From an uncultured Planctomycetia bacterium (GTDB lineage Bacteria > Omnitrophota > Gorgyraeia > Duberdicusellales > 4484-171), in NCBI GenBank assembly GCA_964483625.1, contig CAZABB010000001.1, positions 67,222-131,221 of the forward strand: a DNA stretch of 64,000 nucleotides, read 5' to 3'. This document shows, piece by piece, positions 49,176-58,373 of the stretch. Positions within the stretch are counted from its first letter, which is position 1. Every line of letters starts with the position of its first letter. The notes beneath the pieces are model-generated. The model did no database searches and was not told the DNA's origin. It saw only the letters and a program-made list of their open reading frames with translations. Position numbers and translations under genes: made by a program.

Positions 49176-50312
49176 TTACGCCAAAGAGATTACCATCTTC
49201 TTAAATCTGCCGAATATATACCGGGCGTCGAACGGACCGGGCCCGGCCTCCGGATGAAACTGTACACTGAAGATCGGCAGTTTCTTATGTTTTAAACCTT
49301 CCAGAGTATTGTCATATAAATTCACGTGTGTAGGAATAAGATCGTTTTCGGGAATCGTATATTCGGGAACGATAAAATTATGGTTTTGAGAAGTAATATC
49401 TATCCTCCCGGTTTCCAGATCCTTTACCGGATGATTCCCGCCATGATGCCCGAATTTCAACTTTTCCGCCCGCCCGCCGAAGGCAAGGCCGATAATCTGA
49501 TGCCCCAGACAGATCCCCGCCAAGGCCATATTATTGAGTTCTTTGCGCTTCATTTTCTGAATGATTTCCCTGGCCACTTCTATCACATACCGTACCGGCT
49601 CAGGATCTCCCGGGCCGTTGGAAATAAGAATACCGTCTGGTTTAAGCTTAAGGATTTCCCGCAAGGATGTCGCGGCCGGGACAACAATCACCCGCTGAAA
49701 TTCCTCTTTTAAGTTTCTTAAAATATTGAGTTTGACCCCGCAATCGATGACAACAACGGTTTTTGACTTCTTCCGGATCGGCTCGATCATCCGCGCGGTC
49801 AGATCTTCTTCCCATTGGTAAATATCCGGACAGGTGACCGTCTTGACTAAATCTCTGCCGATGATTGGGGGAGACGCTTTCAGCTTCTCGCGCAGGCGCC
49901 GCATGTTGTATTCACCTGTCGCAATAATTCCTTTCATCGCTCCCTTTTCCCTGAGGCGTTTGGTAATCATCCGTGTGTCGATCTGTTCAATCCCGACGAC
50001 ATTATTTTCACTCAGGTATTCATCCAGGCCGCTTTGAGCCTGCCAGTTTGACGTAATACGGCTTCGTTCTTTCACAATAAATCCCTCTACCTGTACCTGA
50101 GCCGATTCGGTATCCTGAGCGTTAATCCCGTAGTTACCGATCAACGGATATGTCATGCAGACAATCTGTCCCCGATAGGAAGGATCGGTAAGGATTTCCT
50201 GATATCCGACCATCGCCGTATTAAAAACAACTTCCCCGATCGTTTCCTGCTTGGCGCCGAAGGCGCTTCCCTCCAGACGCAATCCATCTTCCAAAAGAAG
50301 AACTGCCTTCAT
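49176..50312 (-). CDS. carA: Carbamoyl-phosphate synthase small subunit (glutamine amidotransferase)
   Basis: 378 aa, class-I GATase catalytic triad region (GICLGHQ...HPE). Confidence 0.9.
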   Translation of the reverse strand: MKAVLLLEDGLRLEGSAFGAKQETIGEVVFNTAMVGYQEILTDPSYRGQIVCMTYPLIGNYGINAQDTESAQVQVEGFIVKERSRITSNWQAQSGLDEYLSENNVVGIEQIDTRMITKRLREKGAMKGIIATGEYNMRRLREKLKASPPIIGRDLVKTVTCPDIYQWEEDLTARMIEPIRKKSKTVVVIDCGVKLNILRNLKEEFQRVIVVPAATSLREILKLKPDGILISNGPGDPEPVRYVIEVAREIIQKMKRKELNNMALAGICLGHQIIGLAFGGRAEKLKFGHHGGNHPVKDLETGRIDITSQNHNFIVPEYTIPENDLIPTHVNLYDNTLEGLKHKKLPIFSVQFHPEAGPGPFDARYIFGRFKKMVISLA

Positions 50313-50313
50313 T

Positions 50314-50778
50314 TCAAGCTCCTATCTTTTCCTTGATATATCTAATAGCTTCCTGCGGAGTATGTACTTTATGTACCCCGGGGATATCCCACGTGTCAAT
50401 ACCGACAACCGGTTTCTCTTCGTTACAGGCAAAGGCAATTTCCGAAAGCGTCCCGTATTTCCCGTTAAGAGCTATCAAAGCCTGGGATGCCCGTACCACC
50501 AGAATATTACGGGCGTAACCGAGCCCGGTAGGTATTTTTACCGCAAGATATCGATTGGCCGAACTCTCATCCGATGTCGGCAGTATTCCCACGGTACATC
50601 CTCCCGCCGCCGCAGCGCCCCGGCAAACCGCTTCCATCACGCCGCCTCCCCCGCCGCACACCAGGATCCACTGCTGGGCCGCAATGAGTTTTCCCACTTC
50701 CTGGGCAATCTCATAGGTCTTCTCTGTACACTCGCATCCGCCGATTACACCGATATTCATAACCACGTCGCACGGCAC
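50314..50778 (-). CDS. LOG-family / TIGR00725-like Rossmann-fold nucleotide-binding protein
   Basis: VCGGGGGVMEAV (GGGxGxMG) and NGKYGTLSE (PGGxGTxxE-like) motifs. 154 aa. Confidence 0.65.
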   Translation of the reverse strand: MPCDVVMNIGVIGGCECTEKTYEIAQEVGKLIAAQQWILVCGGGGGVMEAVCRGAAAAGGCTVGILPTSDESSANRYLAVKIPTGLGYARNILVVRASQALIALNGKYGTLSEIAFACNEEKPVVGIDTWDIPGVHKVHTPQEAIRYIKEKIGA

Positions 50779-50875
50779 ATAGACACATAGTCACACGTAT
50801 CTAATGAACCTCTCTTCCTCATGTATTTGCCAAAATCACATGTGTTCTTGTGACATGTGACTTGTGACTTCAATA
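50779..50875 (-). promoter_or_regulatory. Leader region with three tandem (A/T)GTCACA heptamers and ACATGT palindromes between tRNA-Arg and the LOG-carA-carB operon
   Basis: Minus strand reads AAGTCACAAGTCACATGTCACAAGAACACATGTGATTTTGG. The plus strand shows tcacatgtg...gtgacatgtgacttgtgactt. Function unknown; a candidate operator. Confidence 0.3.
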
Positions 50876-50947
50876 TGTCCCCGGGCAGAATCGAACTGCC
50901 ATTCCAGGCTCCGGAGGCCTGTGCCTTATCCGTTAGGCCACAGGGAC
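50876..50947 (-). tRNA. tRNA-Arg (anticodon CCG)
   Basis: Reverse complement GTCCCTGTGGCCTAACGGATAAGGCACAGGCCTCCGGAGCCTGGAATGGCAGTTCGATTCTGCCCGGGGACA. 7-bp acceptor stem, GTTCGATTC T-loop, anticodon loop CUCCGGA, so anticodon CCG. No encoded CCA. Confidence 0.85.
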
Positions 50948-51068
50948 AAAATAAATACAGTCGATAGTCGTCCGTCGATAGTCGATCGTGTTCATTGCGA
51001 TACCCGGCACCCTGTACCCGATACCCGTAAAAATAACTATAGACCGTAGACTAAAGACTAGATACTTT

Positions 51069-52301
51069 TCAAAACAGCGTCATTTGCGATTTCTCGGATT
51101 TTTTTTCTTTATCAAAAATCTTAATCGTTCCGTACTCCCCATCGAACCCGGGTTCGATATGGACCTGCTTCTGCCGAACCCGGCGGATCCCTTCCACGAT
51201 CTTGGTATCCATCGCCGAGGAGAACTCTTCTGCAGGAACATTGACGAGGATATTGAATTCCGAGCCGAATTCCTGTACTAATTGCAAATACTCTTTTTCA
51301 ACCGCTTTACTGGTCCGGCTTACGCCCTTGGCTTCACCGATAATCTCATCAAGCGGAATTAAGCTCTTATACGCAATCCCCGAAGGAGGGACATATCCCA
51401 TCTCCCGATCGGCTAATTCATCGACCCGGGAAAGAACACCCCGGGTCAATTGCTTGCGACACACCGGACAAACGTTTCGATGCTGTCGGGTCTGATGAGG
51501 ATCAAACCGGATCTGACAGTTACGATGCCCGTCATAATGGTATTTACCTTCCTCGGGAAAGAATTCGACCGTATACAGAAATTTACTTTTATCCTTTTTC
51601 TTCAAGGCATTGCGTATTTCCCAGTAGTTTACCTCACAGTCAAAAACATTCGCCTCTCTTCCGATGCGTTGCGGCGAATGAGAATCGGAATTCGAGATAA
51701 GACTGAACTCATCCAGTTTCGATAGCCGCCAGTTCATTGCCGGATCACTGGACAACCCCGTTTCCAGAGCCGCAATGGTGCCGGTATATTTGCCGAAGGC
51801 TTCCTCCAGAAAGTTAAATCCCGATTTCGAACCGAACACACTGAACCAGGGAGTCCAGATATGGGCGGGAACGAGCATAATATCTTCGGATATCTTTGCC
51901 AGTTCCGCCGCAAGAGTCCGGCAGCTCATCCCCAGAATAGGCCTCCCGTCGGAAGCAAGGTTCCCGTAATGACTCAAACAGCGGTTCACCTCCCGCGCCA
52001 GAGCCAGGGAAGGAACCATAATAATATTATGTACCCGGTATCCTTTCCCGTTCTGGGAGTAGATATTCGATATTTCTCCCGAAAGGATAAAAGAAACCCC
52101 GTCGCCAACTAATATGCCGTTTTTTTCATCGGCTTGGAGAGCCTGCTGTATCTCCTGCAGCCAGAGATGATGCGTAAAATCGCCCGTACCTAAAAGCTGG
52201 ATACCTTTATACTTCGCCCAGCGGGTCAGTTCCGGGACACTCATATTCTTGGATGTCGCCCGGGAATATTTCGAATGGATATGGAAATCTGCTACGAACA
52301 T
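51069..52301 (-). CDS. Endonuclease Q-like PHP-domain nuclease (TIGR00375 family)
   Basis: MFVADFHIHSKYSRATSK...LLGTGDFTHHLW PHP N-terminus, SNSDSHSPQRIGREANVF, zinc finger CQIRF...CPVCRKQLTRGV, C-terminal IEPGFDGEYGTIKIF. Collinear with archaeal EndoQ. Confidence 0.8.
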   Translation of the reverse strand: MFVADFHIHSKYSRATSKNMSVPELTRWAKYKGIQLLGTGDFTHHLWLQEIQQALQADEKNGILVGDGVSFILSGEISNIYSQNGKGYRVHNIIMVPSLALAREVNRCLSHYGNLASDGRPILGMSCRTLAAELAKISEDIMLVPAHIWTPWFSVFGSKSGFNFLEEAFGKYTGTIAALETGLSSDPAMNWRLSKLDEFSLISNSDSHSPQRIGREANVFDCEVNYWEIRNALKKKDKSKFLYTVEFFPEEGKYHYDGHRNCQIRFDPHQTRQHRNVCPVCRKQLTRGVLSRVDELADREMGYVPPSGIAYKSLIPLDEIIGEAKGVSRTSKAVEKEYLQLVQEFGSEFNILVNVPAEEFSSAMDTKIVEGIRRVRQKQVHIEPGFDGEYGTIKIFDKEKKSEKSQMTLF

Positions 52302-52428
52302 CGCGTCTTTCTCATATTTTAAGACAGAAACAGACCCAACATAACCCTGCTTTTAAGAGATTTTATTATACTGCAATATTTATTTATTACTATATAAAAC
52401 ATAGCTTTCGGAAAGGCTCGCTTTTTCG

Positions 52429-53706
52429 TTAGGTCTGGCGATAGACAACCTTACCTTTATGAATCGTATACAACACTTTACCCTGAACGTCTTCTTCCCG
52501 AAAAGGAGTATTGGCCGATTTCGATATGATAGCTTCGACCGCGATTCGCCACGATGTCTCGAGATCGACGACAACCAGATCGGCACGAGAACCTTCAATG
52601 AGATACCCCCTTCCGGCAAGCCCCATGATCCGGGCAGGATTGAAGCACATTTTTTCAACAAGCTGCGGCAATGTCAGTATGTTTTTTTTCACCAAATGCG
52701 TATAGCCTAAAGAGAAGGCCCATTCCAGCCCGATAAACCCGCAGGGAGCCTCTTCAAAGGGGAGATTTTTTTCTTCCTGAGAATGAGGCGCGTGATCGGT
52801 CGCAATACAGTCAATCACTCCGGTTTTTAATCCCTGACGTACCGCCTCAATATCCCGGTCATCTCCCAGAGGAGGATTCACCTTCCAATTCCCGTGAAAA
52901 TTGTTACGTTCGACGTCGCCCTCGGTTAAAGAAAAATAATGCGGGGCGGTTTCACAGGTTACCCGGATGCCGTCCTGTTTAGCCCGGGCGATAATGTCAA
53001 TGCTCTGCCGGGTACTGATGTGCGCCAGATGGATCCGGGTATTGAGATACCGGGCCAGTTCGATATCCCGAAACACGACAAGGCTTTCGCTCAACGGACA
53101 GATTCCAGCCATCCCGTATTGAGAAGAAATAACTCCTTCACGCATCACGCCCGGTCCGGATAACGCGGCATCTTCGCAATGAGAGACCAGAAGCAAATCA
53201 AACATCTTTGCGTACTCCAGGGCTCGCCGCAACAGAGAGGTAGTTCCAACCGAATCGCCATCATCACTTAAGGCCCGGCACCCTGCTTTTTTAAGACTGC
53301 CGAATTCGGTGAGCTCTCTCCCCTTACGCCCTTTACTTATCGCTCCCACCGGAAAAATATCAATCAGTCCTTGTTGTTGAGACTGTTCAATGATCCATCG
53401 GATGAGCCCTTCATTATCCAGCGCGGGATCGGTATTTGGCATACAAAAGATGGTAGTGAATCCTCCTTTAGCCGCCGCGGCCGAACCGGAGGAAAGATCT
53501 TCCTCATCTTCCCGCCCGGGAGTTCTCAGGTGGGTATGCAGATCAATAAACCCGGGGAGAACATATTTACCCGCGGCATCAATCTCTTCATCGACGGGAC
53601 CGTTAATCTTCCCGATCTTTATGATGCGGCCGGCCTCGATAAGGATATCACCGGATATTTCTGCGTCATGGTTAACAATACGCCCGTTTCTAATCGCTAA
53701 TTTCAT
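52429..53706 (-). CDS. pyrC: Dihydroorotase
   Basis: FIDLHTHLRTPGREDEEDL, DHAPH metal-binding motifs. 425 aa. Confidence 0.9.
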   Translation of the reverse strand: MKLAIRNGRIVNHDAEISGDILIEAGRIIKIGKINGPVDEEIDAAGKYVLPGFIDLHTHLRTPGREDEEDLSSGSAAAAKGGFTTIFCMPNTDPALDNEGLIRWIIEQSQQQGLIDIFPVGAISKGRKGRELTEFGSLKKAGCRALSDDGDSVGTTSLLRRALEYAKMFDLLLVSHCEDAALSGPGVMREGVISSQYGMAGICPLSESLVVFRDIELARYLNTRIHLAHISTRQSIDIIARAKQDGIRVTCETAPHYFSLTEGDVERNNFHGNWKVNPPLGDDRDIEAVRQGLKTGVIDCIATDHAPHSQEEKNLPFEEAPCGFIGLEWAFSLGYTHLVKKNILTLPQLVEKMCFNPARIMGLAGRGYLIEGSRADLVVVDLETSWRIAVEAIISKSANTPFREEDVQGKVLYTIHKGKVVYRQT

Positions 53707-54634
53707 ATTCTCGTTTCCTTGTTCCTACCAGGTATAATACCGCCATACGGATCGCCAACCCATTTTCCACCTGCTTAAGAATCAGAGGATGAAGCCTTTC
53801 TTTCAAACACGAAGAAATTTCGACATCCCAATTAATCGGACCGGGGTGGAGAATAAGACAATCTTTCTTTATGTTCTTCAACCGGGATGCATTGAGAGAA
53901 AAATTTTCCACATACTCCCGGATACTGGGGAAGAACGAATGCACCTGCCGTTCTTTCTGAATCCGTAACATGATAATGACGTCGGCATCCGGCAGCGCTT
54001 CATTCAGGTCATAATAAACCTTTACGCCGATTTGAGAGAACTCATACGGGATCAAAGTAGGCGGAGCACAGACGCTTACCTGAGCGCCAAACTGCTGAAA
54101 GCCGAAGATGTTGGACCGGGCCACACGCGAATGCATGATATCCCCGACAATGAGAATATGCAACCCCTCCAGCATACCCTTGGCCTGATGTACGGTGAAC
54201 ATATCGAGCAAAGCCTGCGTAGGGTGCTCATTCGAACCGTCACCGGCGTTGACGATGCTGGCGGAGGTATACCGGGAAAGATTGGGCAGAATATGTGAAT
54301 ATCCTATGCGGATCACAAAAATATCGGGATGGTATGATTCCAGGTTTTTAATCGTGTCGATGATCGTCTCCCCCTTATTCAAGCTGCTCATCGAAGCGGA
54401 GAAATTCAGCACATCGGCACTGAGACGTTTTCCGGCCAGCTCAAAGGAGATTTTCGTACGGGTCGAATTTTCGAAGAAAAGGTTCACGATCGTTTTCCCC
54501 CGCAGGGCGGGAGCTTTCTTGACTTGACGATGCGAGAGCTCTTTAAATGCCCCGGCCAGCCGGAAGATAGTCTCCATTTCCTCCCGGCTCAACTCCTTAA
54601 TCCCCAAGATATGCTTTTTTTGCCAGGCTTCCAT
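53690..54634 (-). CDS. pyrB: Aspartate carbamoyltransferase catalytic subunit
   Basis: STRTKISFELAGKRLSADV (STRTR motif region), HPTQALLD, HPGP motifs. Confidence 0.9.
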   Translation of the reverse strand: MEAWQKKHILGIKELSREEMETIFRLAGAFKELSHRQVKKAPALRGKTIVNLFFENSTRTKISFELAGKRLSADVLNFSASMSSLNKGETIIDTIKNLESYHPDIFVIRIGYSHILPNLSRYTSASIVNAGDGSNEHPTQALLDMFTVHQAKGMLEGLHILIVGDIMHSRVARSNIFGFQQFGAQVSVCAPPTLIPYEFSQIGVKVYYDLNEALPDADVIIMLRIQKERQVHSFFPSIREYVENFSLNASRLKNIKKDCLILHPGPINWDVEISSCLKERLHPLILKQVENGLAIRMAVLYLVGTRKREYEISD

Positions 54635-55186
54635 TTAGTCTTTTTTCTCCAAAACTACCGCTTCTTCGGTTCCATCAACCTCGACCAGACGAATCTCGAC
54701 CATTTCTTTCTTCGCCGTGGGAATATTCTTGCCGACGAAATCGGCCCGGATCGGTAACTCACGATGACCGCGGTCAATCAAAACCAGGAGCTCAATGCGC
54801 CGCGGCCGGCCGAAATCCATAATTTCATCCAAAGCGGCCCGGATTGTTCTTCCGGTAAATAACACATCATCAATAAGTACGACGATTTTATCCTTGAGGT
54901 CGAACGGAATGTTTGTTTCTTTTACCAGAGGCAGTTCACTGATAGTCGTCAGATCGTCCCGGTATAACGTAATATCGAGTATCCCCAACGGAACCTCTAT
55001 TCCTTCCAATTCCCTGACGATATTCTGCAGGCGGCGGGCAATATGCACGCCCCGGGTCTGGATGCCAACAAATACCAGCTTGCGGGCATCGGTATTCTTT
55101 TCCAGAACCTGATGCGCCAGACGTAACAGGATACGTTTAATATCGGCGGCTGAGAGAATCTTTGTTTTCTCCCGATAGGTATCCAT
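54635..55186 (-). CDS. pyrR: Bifunctional pyr operon regulator / uracil phosphoribosyltransferase PyrR
   Basis: 183 aa, PRTase motif VVLIDDVLFTGRTIRAA. Directly upstream of pyrB and preceded by an attenuator. Confidence 0.9.
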   Translation of the reverse strand: MDTYREKTKILSAADIKRILLRLAHQVLEKNTDARKLVFVGIQTRGVHIARRLQNIVRELEGIEVPLGILDITLYRDDLTTISELPLVKETNIPFDLKDKIVVLIDDVLFTGRTIRAALDEIMDFGRPRRIELLVLIDRGHRELPIRADFVGKNIPTAKKEMVEIRLVEVDGTEEAVVLEKKD

Positions 55187-55210
55187 ACCCCTCCTTTTTA
55201 TACGGCGAAT

Positions 55211-55239
55211 AAAAAGAAAAAACCCACCGGATCAGTGGG
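55211..55239 (-). terminator. Intrinsic terminator (pyr attenuator terminator) in the pyrR leader
   Basis: Minus strand: CCCACUGAUCCGGUGGG hairpin followed by UUUUUUCUUUUU, about 25 nt upstream of the pyrR RBS (AAAAAGGAGGGGUAUG). Confidence 0.7.
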
Positions 55240-55278
55240 TTTCTTGTTGTCTCAGCAATGATTTCCTTCATATACACT

Positions 55279-55307
55279 CCTTGCCAGCCTCACTGGACCA
55301 GCTTAAA
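55279..55307 (-). promoter_or_regulatory. PyrR-binding loop (anti-antiterminator) RNA element
   Basis: Minus-strand transcript UUUAAGCUGGUCCAGUGAGGCUGGCAAGG matches the PyrR binding consensus (UUUAA...RUCCNGNGAGGYU...GCAAGG). Confidence 0.65.
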
Positions 55308-55316
55308 GGTTATTTG

Positions 55317-55345
55317 AGTATAACTTATACTGCGGGCTTTGTCAA
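55317..55345 (-). promoter_or_regulatory. Sigma-70-type promoter of the pyrR-pyrB-pyrC operon
   Basis: Minus strand TTGACA (55345..55340), 17-nt spacer, TATACT (55322..55317). The predicted TSS sits immediately before the PyrR-binding loop. Confidence 0.6.
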
Positions 55346-55629
55346 TACTTCCTTTTAAGGAGCTGTCGAGAGGAAAATCCGGCTCCCTCTGGGGACTTAA
55401 CCCTATCTCAATCTCCTTATTGACAACCTGCGAGGTTGGAATGAAGCGGTAAGTCTATTATTATAGGGAAAAACAAAATATCCTTTGGCAGTTGTAGCGA
55501 TTCCGGGAACTGCCAGAGAGAAGCAAAGGGGAATTTGCCCGTCTCTTTCTTCCTATATGTTACAAAAGAGGCCAGACCTAAAATGTAACATTTGGCCGTT
55601 TGGCAATCCCGGAGGTTATTACGGTGTAA

Positions 55630-56769
55630 TTACTTTCTTTCCAGAAAGGTTAAACACTCGACATGCGGGGTATGAGGAAAGAAGTCGAAGGGCTCGACAA
55701 ATTGGACTCGATATGATTCGCTTAAATCTTTCAGGTCATCACATAAACTCTGAGGGTTGCAGGATGAATAGAAAATACGGGGAGGCTTAAGCCTTAGAAC
55801 TTTACGTTTGATCTTTTTTGACAGCCCGCACCGCGGTGGATTTAAGACCATAATATCAATCCCGGAGATATCACAGTCGCCCAAAAACCGACGCACATCG
55901 GTACAGATAAACGAGATGTTATCGATATTGTTGATCTCGGCGTTCACTTTGGCGTTTTCAACGATTTCCTGCTTTAATTCGACTCCCCAGACATACTGGA
56001 CATCCCGGGCTAAAAACAGTCCGATAGAGCCGACGCCGCAATATAAATCAAGAATCTTCTCGGTGCCGTTTAAGCCGGCATAGTGTCGTATCTTTTCATA
56101 CAGAATCTTGATCCCCTGAGGGTTGACCTGAAAAAAAGAATCGATATATATGCGAAAATCCAGATCCCCCAGCCGCTCGGTAATAAAAGATTCCCCGGCC
56201 AAGAGTTCCTTCTTTTGAAATGTTACCGCATCTCCCAGCGAATCATTCGTAATCCAGTATAAAGAATTGATCTGAACATCGTTATCCAGAGCACTCAGCA
56301 TCTTCCGCAACCCCTCACTATCAAGTTCTCCCTGGCTTGAAGTCACAAGCCCCAGCATAAGCTGGTTGGTAAAATGCGTCCGGCGGACGATAAGATGACG
56401 CAAAAACCCTTGGTGACTGAATTTATCGTACGCTTTCTGGCCGGCGAGGGAAATACGCAGGCAATCAAGCAGCATCCCCGTATGGGGAGAAAAGATCAGG
56501 CATTCGGTGGCATTGAACACCTTCCGCTTCTGAGTTTTAAGATGCAGACCGCACACCAGATCCCCGGACTCATCATGAGAAAACGTAAACTCCATCTTGT
56601 TCCGGTAATACCACGGCTCGAAATGATTGATTTCTTTCAGCTCGGTATCAATACCCGCTTCATCCAAAAACGCCCGGATTTTCTTTTGCTTATCGGCCAG
56701 CTGCTGGGAATAGGAAACATCCTGGAACCGACAGCCGCCGCATGAGGGGAAATGCTTGCAGATATTCAT
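55630..56769 (-). CDS. rlmD: 23S rRNA (uracil-C5)-methyltransferase, RlmD/RumA family
   Basis: N-terminal Fe-S Cys cluster CKHFPSCGGCRFQ, SAM-binding DLYCGVGSIG, C-terminal catalytic Cys region (YSSCNP). Confidence 0.75.
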   Translation of the reverse strand: MNICKHFPSCGGCRFQDVSYSQQLADKQKKIRAFLDEAGIDTELKEINHFEPWYYRNKMEFTFSHDESGDLVCGLHLKTQKRKVFNATECLIFSPHTGMLLDCLRISLAGQKAYDKFSHQGFLRHLIVRRTHFTNQLMLGLVTSSQGELDSEGLRKMLSALDNDVQINSLYWITNDSLGDAVTFQKKELLAGESFITERLGDLDFRIYIDSFFQVNPQGIKILYEKIRHYAGLNGTEKILDLYCGVGSIGLFLARDVQYVWGVELKQEIVENAKVNAEINNIDNISFICTDVRRFLGDCDISGIDIMVLNPPRCGLSKKIKRKVLRLKPPRIFYSSCNPQSLCDDLKDLSESYRVQFVEPFDFFPHTPHVECLTFLERK

Positions 56770-57254
56770 GGTTTATCGATCAGCGTTTTTAACGGCCGGC
56801 GCCGGCCGGATTGTACGGTTCGAGCGGGGACACCCAAGGCAATACACCCGAAGAATTCTTTTCGCTTGGGAACTCTCAGCCGCTGCTGGATACGTCCCTT
56901 CTGATTGAGGATCTCGCCCAGCCAGCAGGCTCCCAGTTTCTGCTGGTGAATATACAGCAGCATATTCTGGATACATGCCCCCAGCGCCATCAAATCTTTT
57001 TCGTAGTTATAACTTTTTTCCCTATCCAAAAAAACCAGAATCAGTTTATCGCAGCCTTGAACGATCCGGCTGTAATGGGTGAACTGCGCCAGGGCATCTT
57101 TTTTCTCTTTTTCTAAAACCATAAACCGCCACGGTTGATTGTTCAACCCCGAAGGGGCCCATCGTCCCGCCTCTAAGATGCAACGGATTATGTCCTTTGG
57201 AATGCTCTCTTTCTTAAACTCGCGGACCGAGCGGCGCTGTTTAATTGCGTTCAT
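56766..57254 (-). CDS. Nitroreductase family protein (probable true start at MNAIKQRRSVREF; the track ORF extends to 57359 through a Lys-rich low-complexity tract)
   Basis: SVREFKKESIPKDIIRCILEAGRWAPSGLNNQPWRFMV, the canonical nitroreductase N-terminus. The upstream 35 codons (MRKRNQKSKAKSQKEKNQRKRKS...) derive from an A-rich repetitive tract and are probably non-coding. Confidence 0.7.
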   Translation of the reverse strand: MNAIKQRRSVREFKKESIPKDIIRCILEAGRWAPSGLNNQPWRFMVLEKEKKDALAQFTHYSRIVQGCDKLILVFLDREKSYNYEKDLMALGACIQNMLLYIHQQKLGACWLGEILNQKGRIQQRLRVPKRKEFFGCIALGVPARTVQSGRRRPLKTLIDKP

Positions 57255-57437
57255 AATAATCTTCGCTCCTGCGGCCGATCTGTTTGTGCGGCTTTTTCTT
57301 TTTCGCTGGTTCTTTTCTTTTTGACTCTTAGCTTTTGATTTTTGATTTCTTTTTCTCATTTTTGCTTTTTGATCTTTCTTTCCCGTTTCTCTTTTTTACT
57401 ATTTCGTTTTTGATTTTTGATATCTCATTTTTAATTT

Positions 57438-58373
57438 TTAACAGTACCCCAGCTCCTGCAGAATGCGGGGTTTACTCTGCCAATCCTTCAACACCCGTAC
57501 GTGAAGCTGAAGATACACCTTCTTCTTTAGAATCCCTTCAACCTCCCTGCGGGCGGCTATACCGACGTTCTTAATAAAAGCTCCTTTTTTACCGATAATA
57601 ATCTGCTTCTGGGAATTCCTGTTTACGTAAATCGCCGCGAAAACACAGACAACTTTTTCCTTATCTTCGATCTCCTCAACCTCAACGGCGATTGAATGCG
57701 GCAGTTCCTCAGTCAATGATTCAAAAATCTTCTCCCGGATAATGTCGGCGATCCTCAAAGGCAAAGGGAAATCGGTCGTGGTTTGAGGACCATAGAACGG
57801 CGGCCCCTCCGGGAGCAGAGAGACGATCGCTTCGGTCAACTCGTCAATATTGGTCGCTTTTTGAGCCGAAACCGGGATATAATAGGCAACGGGATCTTCC
57901 CGCTTACCGACGATATCCTTCCACCCTTCTATATAATCATTCACGTATTTCTTCCCCTTATCTATTTTATTTAATACCATAATGATCGGTATCTTCTGTT
58001 TCACCAGGGCCATCATAACTTTTTGTTCCTCCGGGCCCGGGCGCCTGGTGACATCGACAACATAAAGAATGACTTCGGTATCTTCGATACTGCGCCGCGC
58101 CAGGGTATTTAAATGGTTTGCCAGTTTATGCCGGAAGCGATGGATCCCGGGGGTATCGACGAAAACGATCTGCGCTCGTCTTAAGTGCGCGATCCCGCGA
58201 ATCTGATGGCGTGTCGTCTGCGGAATACCAGACACAATGCTGATCTTATTGCCCAAAAACACATTCAGAAGCGTAGACTTACCCACATTGGGCCGGCCGA
58301 TGAGAGCGACAAATCCTGTTCTAAATCCTGCCTGAGGGTTACTGTCCATCCCGATCTCCATCCAGTTCTGCAA
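57438..58373 (-). CDS. era: GTPase Era
   Basis: GRPNVGKSTLLN (G1), DTPG, NKID (G4), C-terminal KH domain (VNRNSQKQIIIGKKG). Confidence 0.9.
   Translation of the reverse strand: MQNWMEIGMDSNPQAGFRTGFVALIGRPNVGKSTLLNVFLGNKISIVSGIPQTTRHQIRGIAHLRRAQIVFVDTPGIHRFRHKLANHLNTLARRSIEDTEVILYVVDVTRRPGPEEQKVMMALVKQKIPIIMVLNKIDKGKKYVNDYIEGWKDIVGKREDPVAYYIPVSAQKATNIDELTEAIVSLLPEGPPFYGPQTTTDFPLPLRIADIIREKIFESLTEELPHSIAVEVEEIEDKEKVVCVFAAIYVNRNSQKQIIIGKKGAFIKNVGIAARREVEGILKKKVYLQLHVRVLKDWQSKPRILQELGYC

Noticed and set aside
52302-52428. Possible terminator hairpin after pyrC (gagcctttccgaaaggctc region)
   Set aside because: The stem is short and not followed by a U-tract on the transcribed (minus) strand. 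The AT-rich spacer more likely just holds the endoQ-like gene promoter. Too weak to call.
55380-55400. CCCCAGAGGGAGCC (minus strand) as a possible PyrR-binding site
   Set aside because: It lies upstream of the predicted -35 element, so it would not be in the leader transcript. A much better consensus match (GGUCCAGUGAGGCUGGCAAGG) lies at 55279..55307 within the transcribed leader.
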